A DNA stretch of 64,000 nucleotides from Alphaproteobacteria bacterium (GCA_965261645.1 CBDHDJ010000004.1:1263362-1327361), one strand, 5' to 3'; shown: positions 1 through 10,348, counted from the stretch's first letter. Notes: generated by a model from the letters alone, not told the origin. Made by a program: numbers and translations.

Positions 1-233
1 TCAGCGGACATCATCGGGCCACGCTTCGGCACTCGATCAATGCCCTGAGTACCTGGCCTAGTCCGAGCACGCGGGGTGCGGCCTGGACGTTGTCGCTCCC
101 CTAGCCGCGCGCATCCCCGCTCGGCACGGTCTGCGCTTTATGGCATGATCGCGGGCGCTCGATTTTTTCAGCGGATTTGCGCCAAAGAACGCGACCCGAA
201 ACGGGGGTCTGAACAAAACAGGGAGGGCCGGCC

Positions 234-659
234 ATGGCAGACAAGGCTGTGGCGGAAGAAACTCGCGGTGCCACCGCGACTCAGCCCGCCAGTCCCACTT
301 ACATCGAGAAGGACGGCCTCAAATACGCCGGCACCCACTTGCTTCTCGATTTCTGGGGGGCGCGGAGCCTCGACGACGAGGCCGCGATCCGTGGCGTGCT
401 CGCCGAGGCCGTGCGGGCTATCGGCGCGACCCTCGTCAAAATGGATCTCCACCGCTTCGATTCAGGCGGGGTCTCGGGTGTGGCGATCCTCGCCGAATCC
501 CACATGAGCATCCATACCTGGCCCGAGACCGGCTACGCGGCCGTCGACATCTTCGTGTGCGGCTCGTGCGATGCCTACCGGGCGGTGCCCGTGCTCTGCG
601 ATTTCTTCCAGCCCGAGCGCCATAACGTCTCCGAGCACAAGCGGGGCCTTAGTCCGTGA
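234..659 (+). CDS. speH: S-adenosylmethionine decarboxylase proenzyme, small SpeH-type
   Basis: 141-aa ORF with the ESHMSIHTWPE pyruvoyl-processing motif. It overlaps the downstream speE start by 4 nt. Confidence 0.8.
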   Translation: MADKAVAEETRGATATQPASPTYIEKDGLKYAGTHLLLDFWGARSLDDEAAIRGVLAEAVRAIGATLVKMDLHRFDSGGVSGVAILAESHMSIHTWPETGYAAVDIFVCGSCDAYRAVPVLCDFFQPERHNVSEHKRGLSP

Positions 660-1498
660 CGTGGTTTCACGAGACGCTCCACGGCGCGGCTCAACAGTCT
701 CTCGAAATCGGCCACCTTCTCTATCGCGGTCAAACCGAGTTTCAATCGATCGAAGTTTTCGAGAATGCGGCGCTCGGCCGGGTTCTCGTGCTCGACGGCA
801 TCGTGCAGACCACCGAGCGGGACGAGTACGTCTATCACGAGATGCTTACCCATGTGCCGATCTTGGCCCATGGCGAGGTGTCCGACATCCTGATCATCGG
901 CGGCGGCGACGGTGGCGCGCTGGAAGAGACGCTCAAGCATCCGGTGGCGAGCGTGACGATGGTCGAGATCGACGCAGAGGTCATCGCGATTTGCCGCGAG
1001 CACATGCCGGCCATTTCCGGCCGCGCGTTCGACGACGACCGGACGCAATTGATCGTCGCGGACGGTACGGCGTTCGTGGCCGAGACCGAGCGCCGGTTCG
1101 ACGTCATCATTGTCGATTCCACCGATCCCGTCGATCCCGGCGACGTGCTTTTCCAACGCCCGTTCTACGAGAATTGCAGGCGCTGCCTGAGGGAGCGCGG
1201 CCTCCTGATCACCCAGAACGGGGTGCCTTTCTTTCAGGCCGACGAGGTCGTCAGCTCGGGGCGCGCCTTCAGCGAACTCTTCGCCCATCACGGATTCTAT
1301 GTGGCGCCGGTGCCGAGTTATTACGGGGGCTTCATGGCCTTTGGCTGGGCCAGCCCGGGTCTTGATCTGGTCCGCGTGGAGCGGGCCGAGGTCGCCCGGC
1401 GCTACGCGGCGCTCGGCATTGAGACCCGCTACTACAACCCGGACATCCATGGCGGCGCCTTGGCGCTGCCCAACGATATCCGCGCCCTGCTCGCCTGA
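656..1498 (+). CDS. speE: spermidine synthase
   Basis: 280 aa with a GGGDGG SAM-binding motif and the polyamine aminopropyltransferase fold. It forms an operon with speH. Confidence 0.85.
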   Translation: MTWFHETLHGAAQQSLEIGHLLYRGQTEFQSIEVFENAALGRVLVLDGIVQTTERDEYVYHEMLTHVPILAHGEVSDILIIGGGDGGALEETLKHPVASVTMVEIDAEVIAICREHMPAISGRAFDDDRTQLIVADGTAFVAETERRFDVIIVDSTDPVDPGDVLFQRPFYENCRRCLRERGLLITQNGVPFFQADEVVSSGRAFSELFAHHGFYVAPVPSYYGGFMAFGWASPGLDLVRVERAEVARRYAALGIETRYYNPDIHGGALALPNDIRALLA

Positions 1499-1504
1499 GC
1501 CGCC

Positions 1505-3016
1505 TCAGCCCGCCTCGCCCGCCTTCAAACCGAGCAGCGCCCGCCGCCGGAGCCACAGACTCGGCCGGTAGCGATCGTCGCCGGTGATGTCCTGGAGCTG
1601 GGTCATGATGGTGAGCACGCGGTCCGCCCCCATGTGATCGGCGAGCTCGAGCGGGCCGAAGGGGTAGTTCAGACCGAGCTTCATCGCGGTATCGATGTCG
1701 GCGGGCTCGGCGATGCCGAGCTGGGCCATTTCGCAACCCAGATTGGCCATCATGGCGCACAGGCGCTGGGCGATAAAACCCGGTGAATCGGCGATGCGGG
1801 TGATGGCGGCGCCCGTGCGCGCCAGGCGGGCGGCAAGTTGGTCCCGGACCGCGAGATCGGCGCCCGGTGCCGTCATGACGGTGAGGCGCTTTGCCCCCTC
1901 GCCGCTGAGGTCGATAGCGACAAGACGGCGATGGTCGGCGCCGGTGCGCAACGCGAACGTCGTGCAATCCTCGCCGAGGGGCGCGCCCACGATGGGATCG
2001 CGCCCGTTGTCGGCGTTGGCGATCTCCGCCCCGGCCGCAACCACAAGCGCAGCCAGCGTGTCGTCGGGCTCGGCCAGCGCGACGCGGTGGCAGGGCTCGG
2101 CGCTGATTTTTTCCTCGCCCGTACCGCCGATCTTCTTGCCCTCGGCGTCGTAGTCGTAATGACCCGAGCCCGTCTTGCGGCCGAGCCGGCGCGAGACGAA
2201 CAGGCCTTCGTGCTCAGGCCAGGTCGCGAGCCGGCGGTCCTGAAAGTAACCGTTGTATATCGCCATGCTGGCCGGGAAATTGACGTCCATTCCGGTCAGA
2301 TCCATGAGCTCGAAGGGCCCCAAGCGAAAGCCACAGCAATCGCGCATTACGGCGTCGATTTGGGCCGGGCTCGCCACCCGCTCATGGGCGAGCTTGAGCC
2401 CCTCGGTCGTGTAGGCGCGGCCGCCCAGATTAACGAGAAAACCCGGGCCGTCCTTGACGCGCACCGGTGTCCGGCCCATGCGCCGTCCGAGCGCGCTCAG
2501 CGCCTCCGCGACCGCCGGGTCGGTATCGGGCGCGGCGATGATCTCCACCAGCTTCATCAGCGGCACCGGGTTGAAGAAATGCATGCCCGCGACCCGGCCA
2601 CGGTGCTCGCAGACGGCGGCCATCGCGGCGATGCGAAGAGACGAGGTGTTCGAGACCAAGGGCACATCGGGGCGCACGATCGCCTCGAGGTCGCGAAAGA
2701 GCTGCTGCTTGATGTCGAGGTCTTCGACGATGGCTTCGATGACAATGTCGCAATCCGCGAGATCATCGAGGCCGGCGGCGATACTGAACCGGGCCTTGGC
2801 GGCGGCCGCATCGTCGGCCGTCATCACGTGCTTTTCGACTTGGCGGTCGAGCATGCGGGCGATGAATCCTTGCGCATCCTCAGCGACACCCTGGGTGGCG
2901 TCGTAAACCCGCGTGGTGATGCCGCCCACCACGGCGACCTGCGCGATACCGCGGCCCATGGCGCCGCCGCCGGCGAGTCCGAGGATCAGCCCTTCGCGGT
3001 CCCCATCGAATGGCAT
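1505..3016 (-). CDS. 3-hydroxyacyl-CoA / 3-hydroxybutyryl-CoA dehydrogenase, long form with duplicated C-terminal domain
   Basis: N-terminal Rossmann motif GLAGGGAMGRGIAQV followed by 3HCDH-like C-terminal domains. Start is taken at MPFDGD (3016) rather than the longest ORF start at 3091. Confidence 0.7.
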   Translation of the reverse strand: MPFDGDREGLILGLAGGGAMGRGIAQVAVVGGITTRVYDATQGVAEDAQGFIARMLDRQVEKHVMTADDAAAAKARFSIAAGLDDLADCDIVIEAIVEDLDIKQQLFRDLEAIVRPDVPLVSNTSSLRIAAMAAVCEHRGRVAGMHFFNPVPLMKLVEIIAAPDTDPAVAEALSALGRRMGRTPVRVKDGPGFLVNLGGRAYTTEGLKLAHERVASPAQIDAVMRDCCGFRLGPFELMDLTGMDVNFPASMAIYNGYFQDRRLATWPEHEGLFVSRRLGRKTGSGHYDYDAEGKKIGGTGEEKISAEPCHRVALAEPDDTLAALVVAAGAEIANADNGRDPIVGAPLGEDCTTFALRTGADHRRLVAIDLSGEGAKRLTVMTAPGADLAVRDQLAARLARTGAAITRIADSPGFIAQRLCAMMANLGCEMAQLGIAEPADIDTAMKLGLNYPFGPLELADHMGADRVLTIMTQLQDITGDDRYRPSLWLRRRALLGLKAGEAG

Positions 3017-3043
3017 CGGTCCCTGCTTCCCTACTTTTGCTGC

Positions 3044-3071
3044 CTTGAACGGATTTGGCGAAGCCCTACAT
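3044..3071 (+). promoter_or_regulatory. putative RpoH (sigma-32) heat-shock promoter of hsp20
   Basis: CTTGAA, a 14-nt spacer, then CCCTACAT about 100 nt upstream of the hsp20 ATG. This resembles the CTTG-N17-18-CYTAT heat-shock consensus. Confidence 0.35.
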
Positions 3072-3171
3072 AATAAGGCGTGGTGCCGCAAGGGCCACGC
3101 TGGGTTCGCGGCGGAGCGGGGGCCAAAAGGGCTCGCTCACGCCGTTCTTGCTCGTCAAGAGGAGGTCAGCC

Positions 3172-3639
3172 ATGACGCGGTTATCCGTGTTCAACAGCCC
3201 GTTTTTGCTGGGTTTCGATCAGATCGAACGCACCCTCGACCGGGTGGCCAAAGCGGCGGGCGACAGTTACCCTCCTTACAACATCGAGCAGGTCGGCGCC
3301 AACGATCTGCGCATTACCATCGCAGTGGCGGGCTTCAGCCAAGACCACCTCGCGGTGGCCGTCGAGGACAATCAGCTGATCGTGCGCGGCAAGCAATCGG
3401 AGGGCGATTCCGACCGGGTCTACCTCCACCGCGGCATCGCCGCACGTCAGTTCCAGCGTTCCTTCGTGCTTGCCGACGGCATCGAGGTGGCGAACGCAAA
3501 CCTCGACAATGGCCTGCTGCACATCGATCTCGTGCGGCCGCAGCCGGAGTCGAAAGTGCGCACGATCGAGATCACTAGCGCGGGACCGGGGCACCCGAAG
3601 CCGACGGTCATGACCGTTGCCGGAAGGGGCGAGGAGTGA
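3172..3639 (+). CDS. Hsp20/alpha-crystallin family small heat-shock protein
   Basis: IbpA-like sequence (FDQIERTLDR ... NGLLHIDL). A strong AAGAGGAGG RBS sits before the ATG at 3172. The longer ORF from 3055 is probably a 5' over-extension. Confidence 0.85.
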   Translation: MTRLSVFNSPFLLGFDQIERTLDRVAKAAGDSYPPYNIEQVGANDLRITIAVAGFSQDHLAVAVEDNQLIVRGKQSEGDSDRVYLHRGIAARQFQRSFVLADGIEVANANLDNGLLHIDLVRPQPESKVRTIEITSAGPGHPKPTVMTVAGRGEE

Positions 3640-3887
3640 GCGGCGGCCGGCGCACGGCGGAGGACGTTACGATGATGAGACCAGAGGAGTTGAAACAGCT
3701 GACACCCGAGGCCATGGCTCTTCTCGGCGCCCCCGGTCTCGCCTACATCAAACCGGTCGTGTGGCAGGACCAGCCGGTTTACGCGATTTGCGCAGCCGAT
3801 GGCACACAGATCACCATCGTGAGTACGCGCGAGATGGCCTTCATCGTTGCCCGCCAGCACGACCTCGACCCGGTCAGCGTTCACTAA
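3636..3887 (+). CDS. DUF1150-family small protein, commonly paired with hsp20 in alphaproteobacteria
   Basis: 83-aa ORF with a GTG start overlapping the hsp20 stop. An alternative ATG at 3672 has a GGAGGA RBS. The family assignment is by recall of the conserved hsp20 neighbour. Confidence 0.55.
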   Translation: MSGGRRTAEDVTMMRPEELKQLTPEAMALLGAPGLAYIKPVVWQDQPVYAICAADGTQITIVSTREMAFIVARQHDLDPVSVH

Positions 3888-3928
3888 AGTCAGGCATCGG
3901 AAAGACGGGCTTGTGCCCGCCCCTGCGG

Positions 3929-4393
3929 CTAGGCTGCGTGGGAGGCGGCCGGCTCGGTGAGCAGGGCGTAAAGCGCGTCGGCGCCGTCCGATCCCCGCAA
4001 CTTCTCGCGCATGGCGTCGTCCCGCAACAAGCGCGAGATACGTGATAGCGCTTTGAGGTGTTCGGCGCTCGCCGCCTCCGGCGCGAGCAACAAAAAGACG
4101 AGATCCACGGGCTGATCGTCGATGGCATCGAAACCGACGGGATGTTCGAGCCTCGCGAACACCGCACACAGGTGGTCGATGTCAGGCAGTTTTCCGTGCG
4201 GGATGGCCACACCGTTGCCGATGCCGGTGGTTCCTAGGCGCTCGCGTTCGAGCAGGGTGTCGAAAATCGCGCGCTCGTCGGCACCGGTCATCTCGGCGGC
4301 GCGTTCGGCGAGCTCCTGCAGGAGCTGCTTTTTACTCGTCACCTTGAGATCGGCGATGATCCCATCGGGGTGCAAAAGGTCGCCGATTTCCAT
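3929..4393 (-). CDS. ptsN: PTS IIA-Ntr nitrogen regulatory protein
   Basis: PTS EIIA type-2 fold with a GIGNGVAIPHGK active-site histidine region. It lies downstream of rpoN in the conserved arrangement. Confidence 0.8.
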   Translation of the reverse strand: MEIGDLLHPDGIIADLKVTSKKQLLQELAERAAEMTGADERAIFDTLLERERLGTTGIGNGVAIPHGKLPDIDHLCAVFARLEHPVGFDAIDDQPVDLVFLLLAPEAASAEHLKALSRISRLLRDDAMREKLRGSDGADALYALLTEPAASHAA

Positions 4394-4652
4394 CACCGGG
4401 TCCCTATCAGGCCATAGCGCGCGGCCAACCGACCGAGGGGGCGCCATGGCGCACCGAGGCCGAGCCGTTGTCCGTTTGCCGAAGTTAGCACGTTAGGGGG
4501 GTCCAGACGGTTACCGGGACTTGTGCCGCCGCCACGCGGCCACGCCTCTTCGTATGAAGGGCGGGACCATAGTTTCCGCCCCTTCAGCTGTCAACCATTG
4601 GCCGTAAGGCCCTGAATTGAGGACAAGAATCCGGTCGATTCGTGGGTGGATC

Positions 4653-6245
4653 TCAGCTCGCCCGCGCGAGCTGCCTTTTCCGGCGGCGGCGCTCCACCGA
4701 CGAGGGAATGCGCATCGCTTCGCGATATTTCGCGACCGTGCGCCGCGCGATATCCACGCCCTGGGCGCGCAGCATCTCGACAATCTTGTCGTCGGAGAGC
4801 ACCGCATCGGGCGTTTCCTGATCGATCAGGTCGCGAATGCGGTGGCGCACCGCTTCGGCCGAATGCGAGGCGCCGCCACCTGACGACGGGATGGCCGAGG
4901 TGAAGAAGTACTTCATCGGATAGATGCCGCGCGACGTCGACAAGTACTTGTTCGCGGTCACCCGGCTGACCGTGCTCTCGTGCATGTCGATCGCCTGGGC
5001 GATGTCGCGCAGATTGAGTGGGCGGAGATACTCCACACCGTAGAGCAAGAATGTCTCCTGCTGCACGACCAGTTCCGTCGCCACTTTCAGAATGGTGTTG
5101 GCGCGCTGATCGAGCGACTTCATCAACCAATTGGCCGAGTTCAAATGTTCCGCGATATAGGCCTTGTCCGCTTGGCTCTTCGCCTGGCCGTCGATTCGTG
5201 CGTGATAGCTGCGATTGACGAGGAGCCGGGGCAAGGTGTCGTTGTTCAGCTCGACGAGCCACTGCCCATTGGATGCGCGACGGATGAAGACATCGGGGAC
5301 GATCGGCTGTGCCGTCTCGTTATCAAAGGCGAGGCCCGGCTTGGGGTTGAGCGAGCGGATTTCCGCCAGCATGTCCCGCACGTCCTCGTCATCGACGCCG
5401 CAGGCTGCAACGAGGCCGGCGATGTCGTGATCGGCAACCAGATTGAGATTGTCGAGCAGCTCCCGCATGGCGGGGTCGAGCCGGTCCCGATCGGCGAGCT
5501 GGAGCGCCAGGCATTCCGCCAAGTCGCGCGCGAAGATACCGGGTGGATCGAACTGCTGTAACGCGGCGAGCGTGGTTTCGACCCGCGCCTCGTCGCACCC
5601 TACGCGCTCGGCCACCGACGCGAGATCACTGCTGAGATAGCCCGCGTCGTCAAGGAGATCGATGAGGTTGGTGCCGATCAGCCGGTCGACCGGATCGTCG
5701 ATGCCGACGTTGAGCTGGCCCGTCAGATGCTCCTTCAGGCTGATATCGGCGCTGGCCGTCTGCTCGAGGCTAAAGGTGCTGTCGCCGAAGTCGCGGGCGC
5801 CGCCGCGGCCGCCCGACCAGGCGCCGCCGTAGGTGCTGCTGTAATCGGGCTCACTCGGCGAAGTGCTCCCGGGCGCGTCGTCATCGACGTAGGCGCTGGC
5901 GTAGTCGATATCGAGTGGCCCCTCGCCCTCGGACGGCAGCGTCTCGCTGTCCGAAAGATGAGCGCTCGTGTCGCGAAGCGCGGGATCACCGTCTTCGGCG
6001 GCCTCGCCGCTGGCCGCGGCCTCGCCGTTGGCCGCGATCGGGTCGTCCGCTACACCCGCATCCGCCTCCGTGCTGTCGCGGTCAGGCTCGTCGCGCTCCA
6101 GCAGCGGGTTGGTTTCGAGCTCCTGCTCGACATAGGCCGACAGATCGAGGTTGGACAGCTGCAGGAGTTTGATCGCCTGCTGCAGCAGCGGCGTCATGAC
6201 GAGCATCTGGCTCTGTCGGAGTTCCAATTTGGGGGACTGCGCCAT
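4653..6245 (-). CDS. rpoN: RNA polymerase sigma-54 factor
   Basis: 530 aa with the N-terminal LxLxQxQxL region, an acidic region, and a C-terminal RpoN box (ARRTVAKYRE). Confidence 0.95.
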   Translation of the reverse strand: MAQSPKLELRQSQMLVMTPLLQQAIKLLQLSNLDLSAYVEQELETNPLLERDEPDRDSTEADAGVADDPIAANGEAAASGEAAEDGDPALRDTSAHLSDSETLPSEGEGPLDIDYASAYVDDDAPGSTSPSEPDYSSTYGGAWSGGRGGARDFGDSTFSLEQTASADISLKEHLTGQLNVGIDDPVDRLIGTNLIDLLDDAGYLSSDLASVAERVGCDEARVETTLAALQQFDPPGIFARDLAECLALQLADRDRLDPAMRELLDNLNLVADHDIAGLVAACGVDDEDVRDMLAEIRSLNPKPGLAFDNETAQPIVPDVFIRRASNGQWLVELNNDTLPRLLVNRSYHARIDGQAKSQADKAYIAEHLNSANWLMKSLDQRANTILKVATELVVQQETFLLYGVEYLRPLNLRDIAQAIDMHESTVSRVTANKYLSTSRGIYPMKYFFTSAIPSSGGGASHSAEAVRHRIRDLIDQETPDAVLSDDKIVEMLRAQGVDIARRTVAKYREAMRIPSSVERRRRKRQLARAS

Positions 6246-6256
6246 GGCCTAGCTCG

Positions 6257-7057
6257 TCAGAGGCTGAAACGATCGCCGAGATACACCCGCCTGACATCCT
6301 CGTGCGCCACGATTTCTTCCGGCACGCCTTCCATCAGCACGCGGCCCTCGTGGAGGATGTAGGCCCGATCGATGATATCCAACGTCTCGCGCACGTTGTG
6401 CTCGGTGATGAGGACGCCGATGCCGCGGTCCTTCAAGTGGGAGACGACGTCCCGGATGCCGCCCACCGCGATCGGGTCGATGCCGGCCAAGGGCTCATCG
6501 AGCAGCATGAAGCTCGGGCGGCACGCCAGCGCGCGGGCGATTTCGACGCGGCGGCGTTCGCCGCCGGAGAGACTGAGCACCGGTGTGCGCCGGAGATGGC
6601 TGATCGAAAACTCGGCGAGCAAGTCATCGAGCATGGTCTCGCGCCTGTCGCGTACGGGGTCCACCACCTCGAGCACGGCACGGATGTTGTTTTCCACCGA
6701 TAGGCCACGAAACACCGAGGCTTCCTGCGGCAGGTAGCCGAGGCCGAGCCGGGCGCGCCGGTAGATCGGCAGATCGGTGATATCGTGCCCGTCGAGTGTG
6801 ACAGTTCCGTAGTCCGGCATCAGCAACCCAGTGATCACATAAAAACACGTCGTTTTCCCGGCGCCGTTGGGGCCCAACAACCCAACCGCCTCACCGCGGT
6901 TGACCGAGAGGCTGATATCGCACAGCACCGGCCGTTTGCTGAACCGTTTGCCGATGTTGCGCGCCGCCAAGCCCTCATTCTCAGCAACCTGGCGCGGCGT
7001 GGCGGGGTCCGCCCCTCCAGGCGCGGTTCCGTGTGTTAACTTTTGATCATCAGTCAT
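6257..7057 (-). CDS. lptB: LPS export ABC transporter ATP-binding protein
   Basis: Walker [10 protein letters not shown], the ABC signature LSGGE and a Walker B motif. It sits in the conserved lptC-lptA-lptB-rpoN order. Start is taken at the second Met; the ORF is open to 7117. Confidence 0.9.
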   Translation of the reverse strand: MTDDQKLTHGTAPGGADPATPRQVAENEGLAARNIGKRFSKRPVLCDISLSVNRGEAVGLLGPNGAGKTTCFYVITGLLMPDYGTVTLDGHDITDLPIYRRARLGLGYLPQEASVFRGLSVENNIRAVLEVVDPVRDRRETMLDDLLAEFSISHLRRTPVLSLSGGERRRVEIARALACRPSFMLLDEPLAGIDPIAVGGIRDVVSHLKDRGIGVLITEHNVRETLDIIDRAYILHEGRVLMEGVPEEIVAHEDVRRVYLGDRFSL

Positions 7058-7106
7058 TAACAAATCGTTTAGTTGGTGGATTTCGCTGTACCTCTCCGGG
7101 GCGGCG

Positions 7107-7715
7107 CTACTGCGCATTCTGGGTTTTCGGAAAGAATACGCCCTTCACCCGCTCTGTCGATCCTGACGCGGAGGTGCCGGATTCGATGACGCTCTGGCCG
7201 GTTTCGAGATCGATAACCAGGCGTTCGCCACGAATGACATTCTTGCCCCGCGTGAGCACGACCGAGCCGGTCAGCGTAATGACGCCGTCATTGACGTCGT
7301 AGACTCCCTGGTCGCCCTGTGCCGTTTCGCCCGGTGTCGAGAAGAAGACGCGGCCCCGGGCGTCGATCCGCGAGATCGCCGCCTCGACCACGTCCACGCC
7401 TTGGCGGTAGTGCACGACGAGCTCATCGGCCGTGAGGCGCAACTCGCCCTGGATCGCGCGGACCTCGCCGCGGAAGATAGCGGCCTCTTGATCCTGACGA
7501 ACCTCCAGGCTGTTGGCGGTGATCTCGATGGGCAGCGAGCGGTCGTGGGCATCGCCCATCAACGTCTGAGCGCGTGGGTCGGCGAAGCCCAGTGCGATAA
7601 CGGCCACGGCCGTCACGACCACTCTTTTGAGCCAGCAGGGGCCGGATTGGGGCGCAGGGTCCAGCGTCCGCGACCGACCGGCACAGCCAATTCGTTGTGG
7701 TCCGAAGCCGTTCAA
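7107..7715 (-). CDS. lptA: LPS transport periplasmic protein LptA (OstA-like)
   Basis: Signal-like N-terminus plus an OstA/LptA beta-jellyroll region. Located between lptC and lptB. Confidence 0.75.
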   Translation of the reverse strand: MNGFGPQRIGCAGRSRTLDPAPQSGPCWLKRVVVTAVAVIALGFADPRAQTLMGDAHDRSLPIEITANSLEVRQDQEAAIFRGEVRAIQGELRLTADELVVHYRQGVDVVEAAISRIDARGRVFFSTPGETAQGDQGVYDVNDGVITLTGSVVLTRGKNVIRGERLVIDLETGQSVIESGTSASGSTERVKGVFFPKTQNAQ

Positions 7716-8389
7716 CTCGCGATCCTCGGATAGACCACGAGGCTGACGTCGCCCTCGAAGATGATCCGCTTGCCCTTGTCGATGAGCCGGAAGCTCGCAG
7801 CGTCGAGGTTGCCGAAGGGACCCTGTCCGTGGACCGGCTCATGGCCAATGGCGTGCCCCTTGGCGAAATCGATCTCCGCGGTGGGGGTGCGAATCTCGAA
7901 ACCCTGGTCGGAGAAGATGCTGACGTGCCCGGCGAGCGCCAGCTTGCGCTGATCGCGTTGGTAGGTGCCGGTATCGGCGATGAGCGTGACCCAAGTGCCA
8001 TCCTCGATCGTGATGTCGGCCTGTAGATCCTTGAGGGCGAAGCGCTCCGGATCCGTCGCGTCGGGCACCACCCGGCCTGCGGTGATCACGAAGGGTTGGT
8101 TGCGGTCGTCCTTGCCGACGTAGCGTACGTTCTCGAGGCCGGGCTCGCCGCTCTCGCCCATCGAAATTTCGGCGAGCGAGATCTGGATGCCTTCGCCGCG
8201 CTGGTAGGGGTCGGGCCACGCGACAATGGTGCCGATGAGCACCGCCGCGCCCAGCGGCAGGGCAAATTTCATGAACCCGACGAAACGGCTGTAACGGGCG
8301 CCGATGTGGGCGATCGCCCCGCGGCCGAGGCGTGCGTCCGCGCGAAATCCTCGGCTTCGAGGGGTATGGTGTTCGTCGGAGCTGGTCAT
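7712..8389 (-). CDS. lptC: LPS export system protein LptC
   Basis: Single N-terminal transmembrane helix (MKFALPLGAAVLIGTIVAW) followed by an LptC-like periplasmic domain. Its start is coupled to the kdsD stop. Confidence 0.7.
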   Translation of the reverse strand: MTSSDEHHTPRSRGFRADARLGRGAIAHIGARYSRFVGFMKFALPLGAAVLIGTIVAWPDPYQRGEGIQISLAEISMGESGEPGLENVRYVGKDDRNQPFVITAGRVVPDATDPERFALKDLQADITIEDGTWVTLIADTGTYQRDQRKLALAGHVSIFSDQGFEIRTPTAEIDFAKGHAIGHEPVHGQGPFGNLDAASFRLIDKGKRIIFEGDVSLVVYPRIAS

Positions 8390-9414
8390 GCTATGCCCGC
8401 GCGCAAGCAATCGTGCATGTGCACGATGCCGGTCGGCTTCTTGCCCTCGGACACGAACAGGACGGTGATTTTGCTATCGTTCATCAAGCCGAGCGCCTCG
8501 GCGGCCAGCGCTTGTGGGCGGATCGTCCGCGGCGCCCGCGACATCACCTCGGACGCAATCTGTTCGAGGAACCTGTCCTTCATGTGGCGGCGCAAATCAC
8601 CGTCGGTGATGATGCCGGCGAGGCGGCCCTGGTCGTCGACGACACCGACGCAGCCTTTGCTCTTCTCGGTCATGACGATGAGCGCCTCGGCCATGACCGT
8701 GCCCTCGCCGACCAGCGGCAGCGCGTCGCCTGTAAGCATGATGTCGGCGACCCTGACAATGGCCGTGCGCCCGAGCCGCCCGCCCGGATGCAGCACCTGG
8801 AAGTCCTCCGCCACAAACTCCTTGCGTTGAAGAAGCGCGATCGCGAGCGCATCGCCGAGCGCCAGCATCGCCGTCGTCGAGGTCGTTGGCGTGAGGCCCA
8901 TGGGGCACGCCTCCGGGCTGGGCGGCAGGACCAACGTCACGTCCGCGGCGTCGGCGAGAAAGCGGCCTGGATTGGCGGGCCCGCCCTGGGGCCCGGTGAT
9001 CGAGATGAGCGGTATGGAAAACCGCTTGGCGTAGGCGACGATGTCGGCCAACTCAGGCGTGTTGCCCGAGTTCGACAGCACCAAGATCACGTCCTCTTTG
9101 GCGATCATACCGAGATCGCCGTGGCTCGCCTCGCCGGGATGCACGTAAAGCGCCGGCGTACCCGTGGAGGCCAGCGTCGCGGCGATCTTGCGGCCGATAT
9201 GACCGCTCTTGCCCATGCCGCTTACGACGACGCGCCCCTGAACCGCGGTGAGGATATCAAGGGCCGTGACGAAGCGATCGCCAAGCGACTCGGCCAGCGC
9301 CTTGAGGGCCTCGGCTTCGAGGGTGAGAACACGCCGCGCAGCGTCGATGTCATCCGACCCCTCGGCGCCCTCGCTCGGCGCCGCGGTCGAAGCCTGTTTG
9401 TTGAACGTTGACAC
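8386..9414 (-). CDS. kdsD: arabinose-5-phosphate isomerase (SIS plus tandem CBS domains)
   Basis: SIS domain GMGKSGHIGRKIAATLASTG, then two CBS domains. Located upstream of the lptCAB genes. Confidence 0.85.
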   Translation of the reverse strand: MSTFNKQASTAAPSEGAEGSDDIDAARRVLTLEAEALKALAESLGDRFVTALDILTAVQGRVVVSGMGKSGHIGRKIAATLASTGTPALYVHPGEASHGDLGMIAKEDVILVLSNSGNTPELADIVAYAKRFSIPLISITGPQGGPANPGRFLADAADVTLVLPPSPEACPMGLTPTTSTTAMLALGDALAIALLQRKEFVAEDFQVLHPGGRLGRTAIVRVADIMLTGDALPLVGEGTVMAEALIVMTEKSKGCVGVVDDQGRLAGIITDGDLRRHMKDRFLEQIASEVMSRAPRTIRPQALAAEALGLMNDSKITVLFVSEGKKPTGIVHMHDCLRAGIA

Positions 9415-9643
9415 TGCCGCCGATCTCCCGAACCGCCTCTAACGCCCTGGTCCCATCGCCGCTTGCCAAGCTACTCCCAACACCGGTGTGTGTCGCCTCG
9501 CCGGCACAGACTTTTCCCCGCCCACTTCCTCGCGGTCGGCGGAGGACTCAGCAGTCAAAAGCGAGGTACGGGGGCATCAGACTCCCCGAGGCCTTCGATC
9601 AGTATGGGCAAATTCCAAAAAATCAATTGTTTGGGGGGTTCTG

Positions 9644-10270
9644 TTAATGCTCGAAGATATCGATATCGGCCCATCCGGCGAGGTCGAGTTCGGCCCGCGA
9701 CGGCAAAAATCTGAAACACGCTGCGGCAACATCGCGCCGCCCCTCGCGCTCGAGCATGTCGTGAAGCCGCTCGTGCAGGCGATGGAGATAGAGCACGTCG
9801 TGGGCGGCGTATTCGATCTGCTCGGGCTTGAGCTCGGCCGCGCCCCAATCCGACGACTGCTGGGTCTTGGACAAATCGATGCCGAGCAATTCCCGGCACA
9901 GGTCCTTGAGACCATGCTTGTCGGTATAGGTGCGCGTAAGCTTGGAGGCGATCTTGGTGCAAAACAGCGGCGTGCAGGTGATGCCGAGATACTGACGGAT
10001 CACCGCCACATCGAAGCGCGCGAAGTGAAAGAGCTTCGTCACCGCCTGATCGCTGAGCAGTGCCTTGAGGTTGGGCGCGTCGTAGTCGATCTCGCCCTCC
10101 GCATCCGGCGCAAAATGGACGACATGGGCGTCACCGTCGCCGGCCGAAAGCTGGATCACGCACAGCCGGTCACGGTGCGGCCTGAGGCCGAGCGTCTCGG
10201 TATCGATCGCCACAAGACGGCCGAACGAGATGCCGGGCGGCAAATCGGATTTGTGCAAGTGATTGGCCAT
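9644..10270 (-). CDS. 3'-5' exonuclease, small RNase D-like
   Basis: DEDD exonuclease motifs (VAIDTETLGL ... YAAHDVLYLHRL). Start is set at MANHLHK because the longer ORF reads through the antisense of tRNA-Leu. Confidence 0.7.
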   Translation of the reverse strand: MANHLHKSDLPPGISFGRLVAIDTETLGLRPHRDRLCVIQLSAGDGDAHVVHFAPDAEGEIDYDAPNLKALLSDQAVTKLFHFARFDVAVIRQYLGITCTPLFCTKIASKLTRTYTDKHGLKDLCRELLGIDLSKTQQSSDWGAAELKPEQIEYAAHDVLYLHRLHERLHDMLEREGRRDVAAACFRFLPSRAELDLAGWADIDIFEH

Positions 10271-10348
10271 AACCCCTACCCCCAAGCCGTTCAGGGCACG
10301 GCCCCGGTCCTGCCTCAGCCGCCCATGGGTCGTCATGCGGAGGGGAAT

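Noticed and set aside
575-1450. 291-aa ORF antisense to speE. Similar long antisense ORFs occur at 1838-3073, 4980-5561, 9488-10402, 12597-14354, 13934-15496, 17997-19370, 21764-22786, 23812-25182, 42735-44120, 52805-53854 and 55559-56989.
   Set aside because: These are typical open antisense frames of high-GC DNA. Their translations are Arg/Ala/Gly-rich low-complexity with no motifs, and each fully overlaps a well-supported gene on the other strand.
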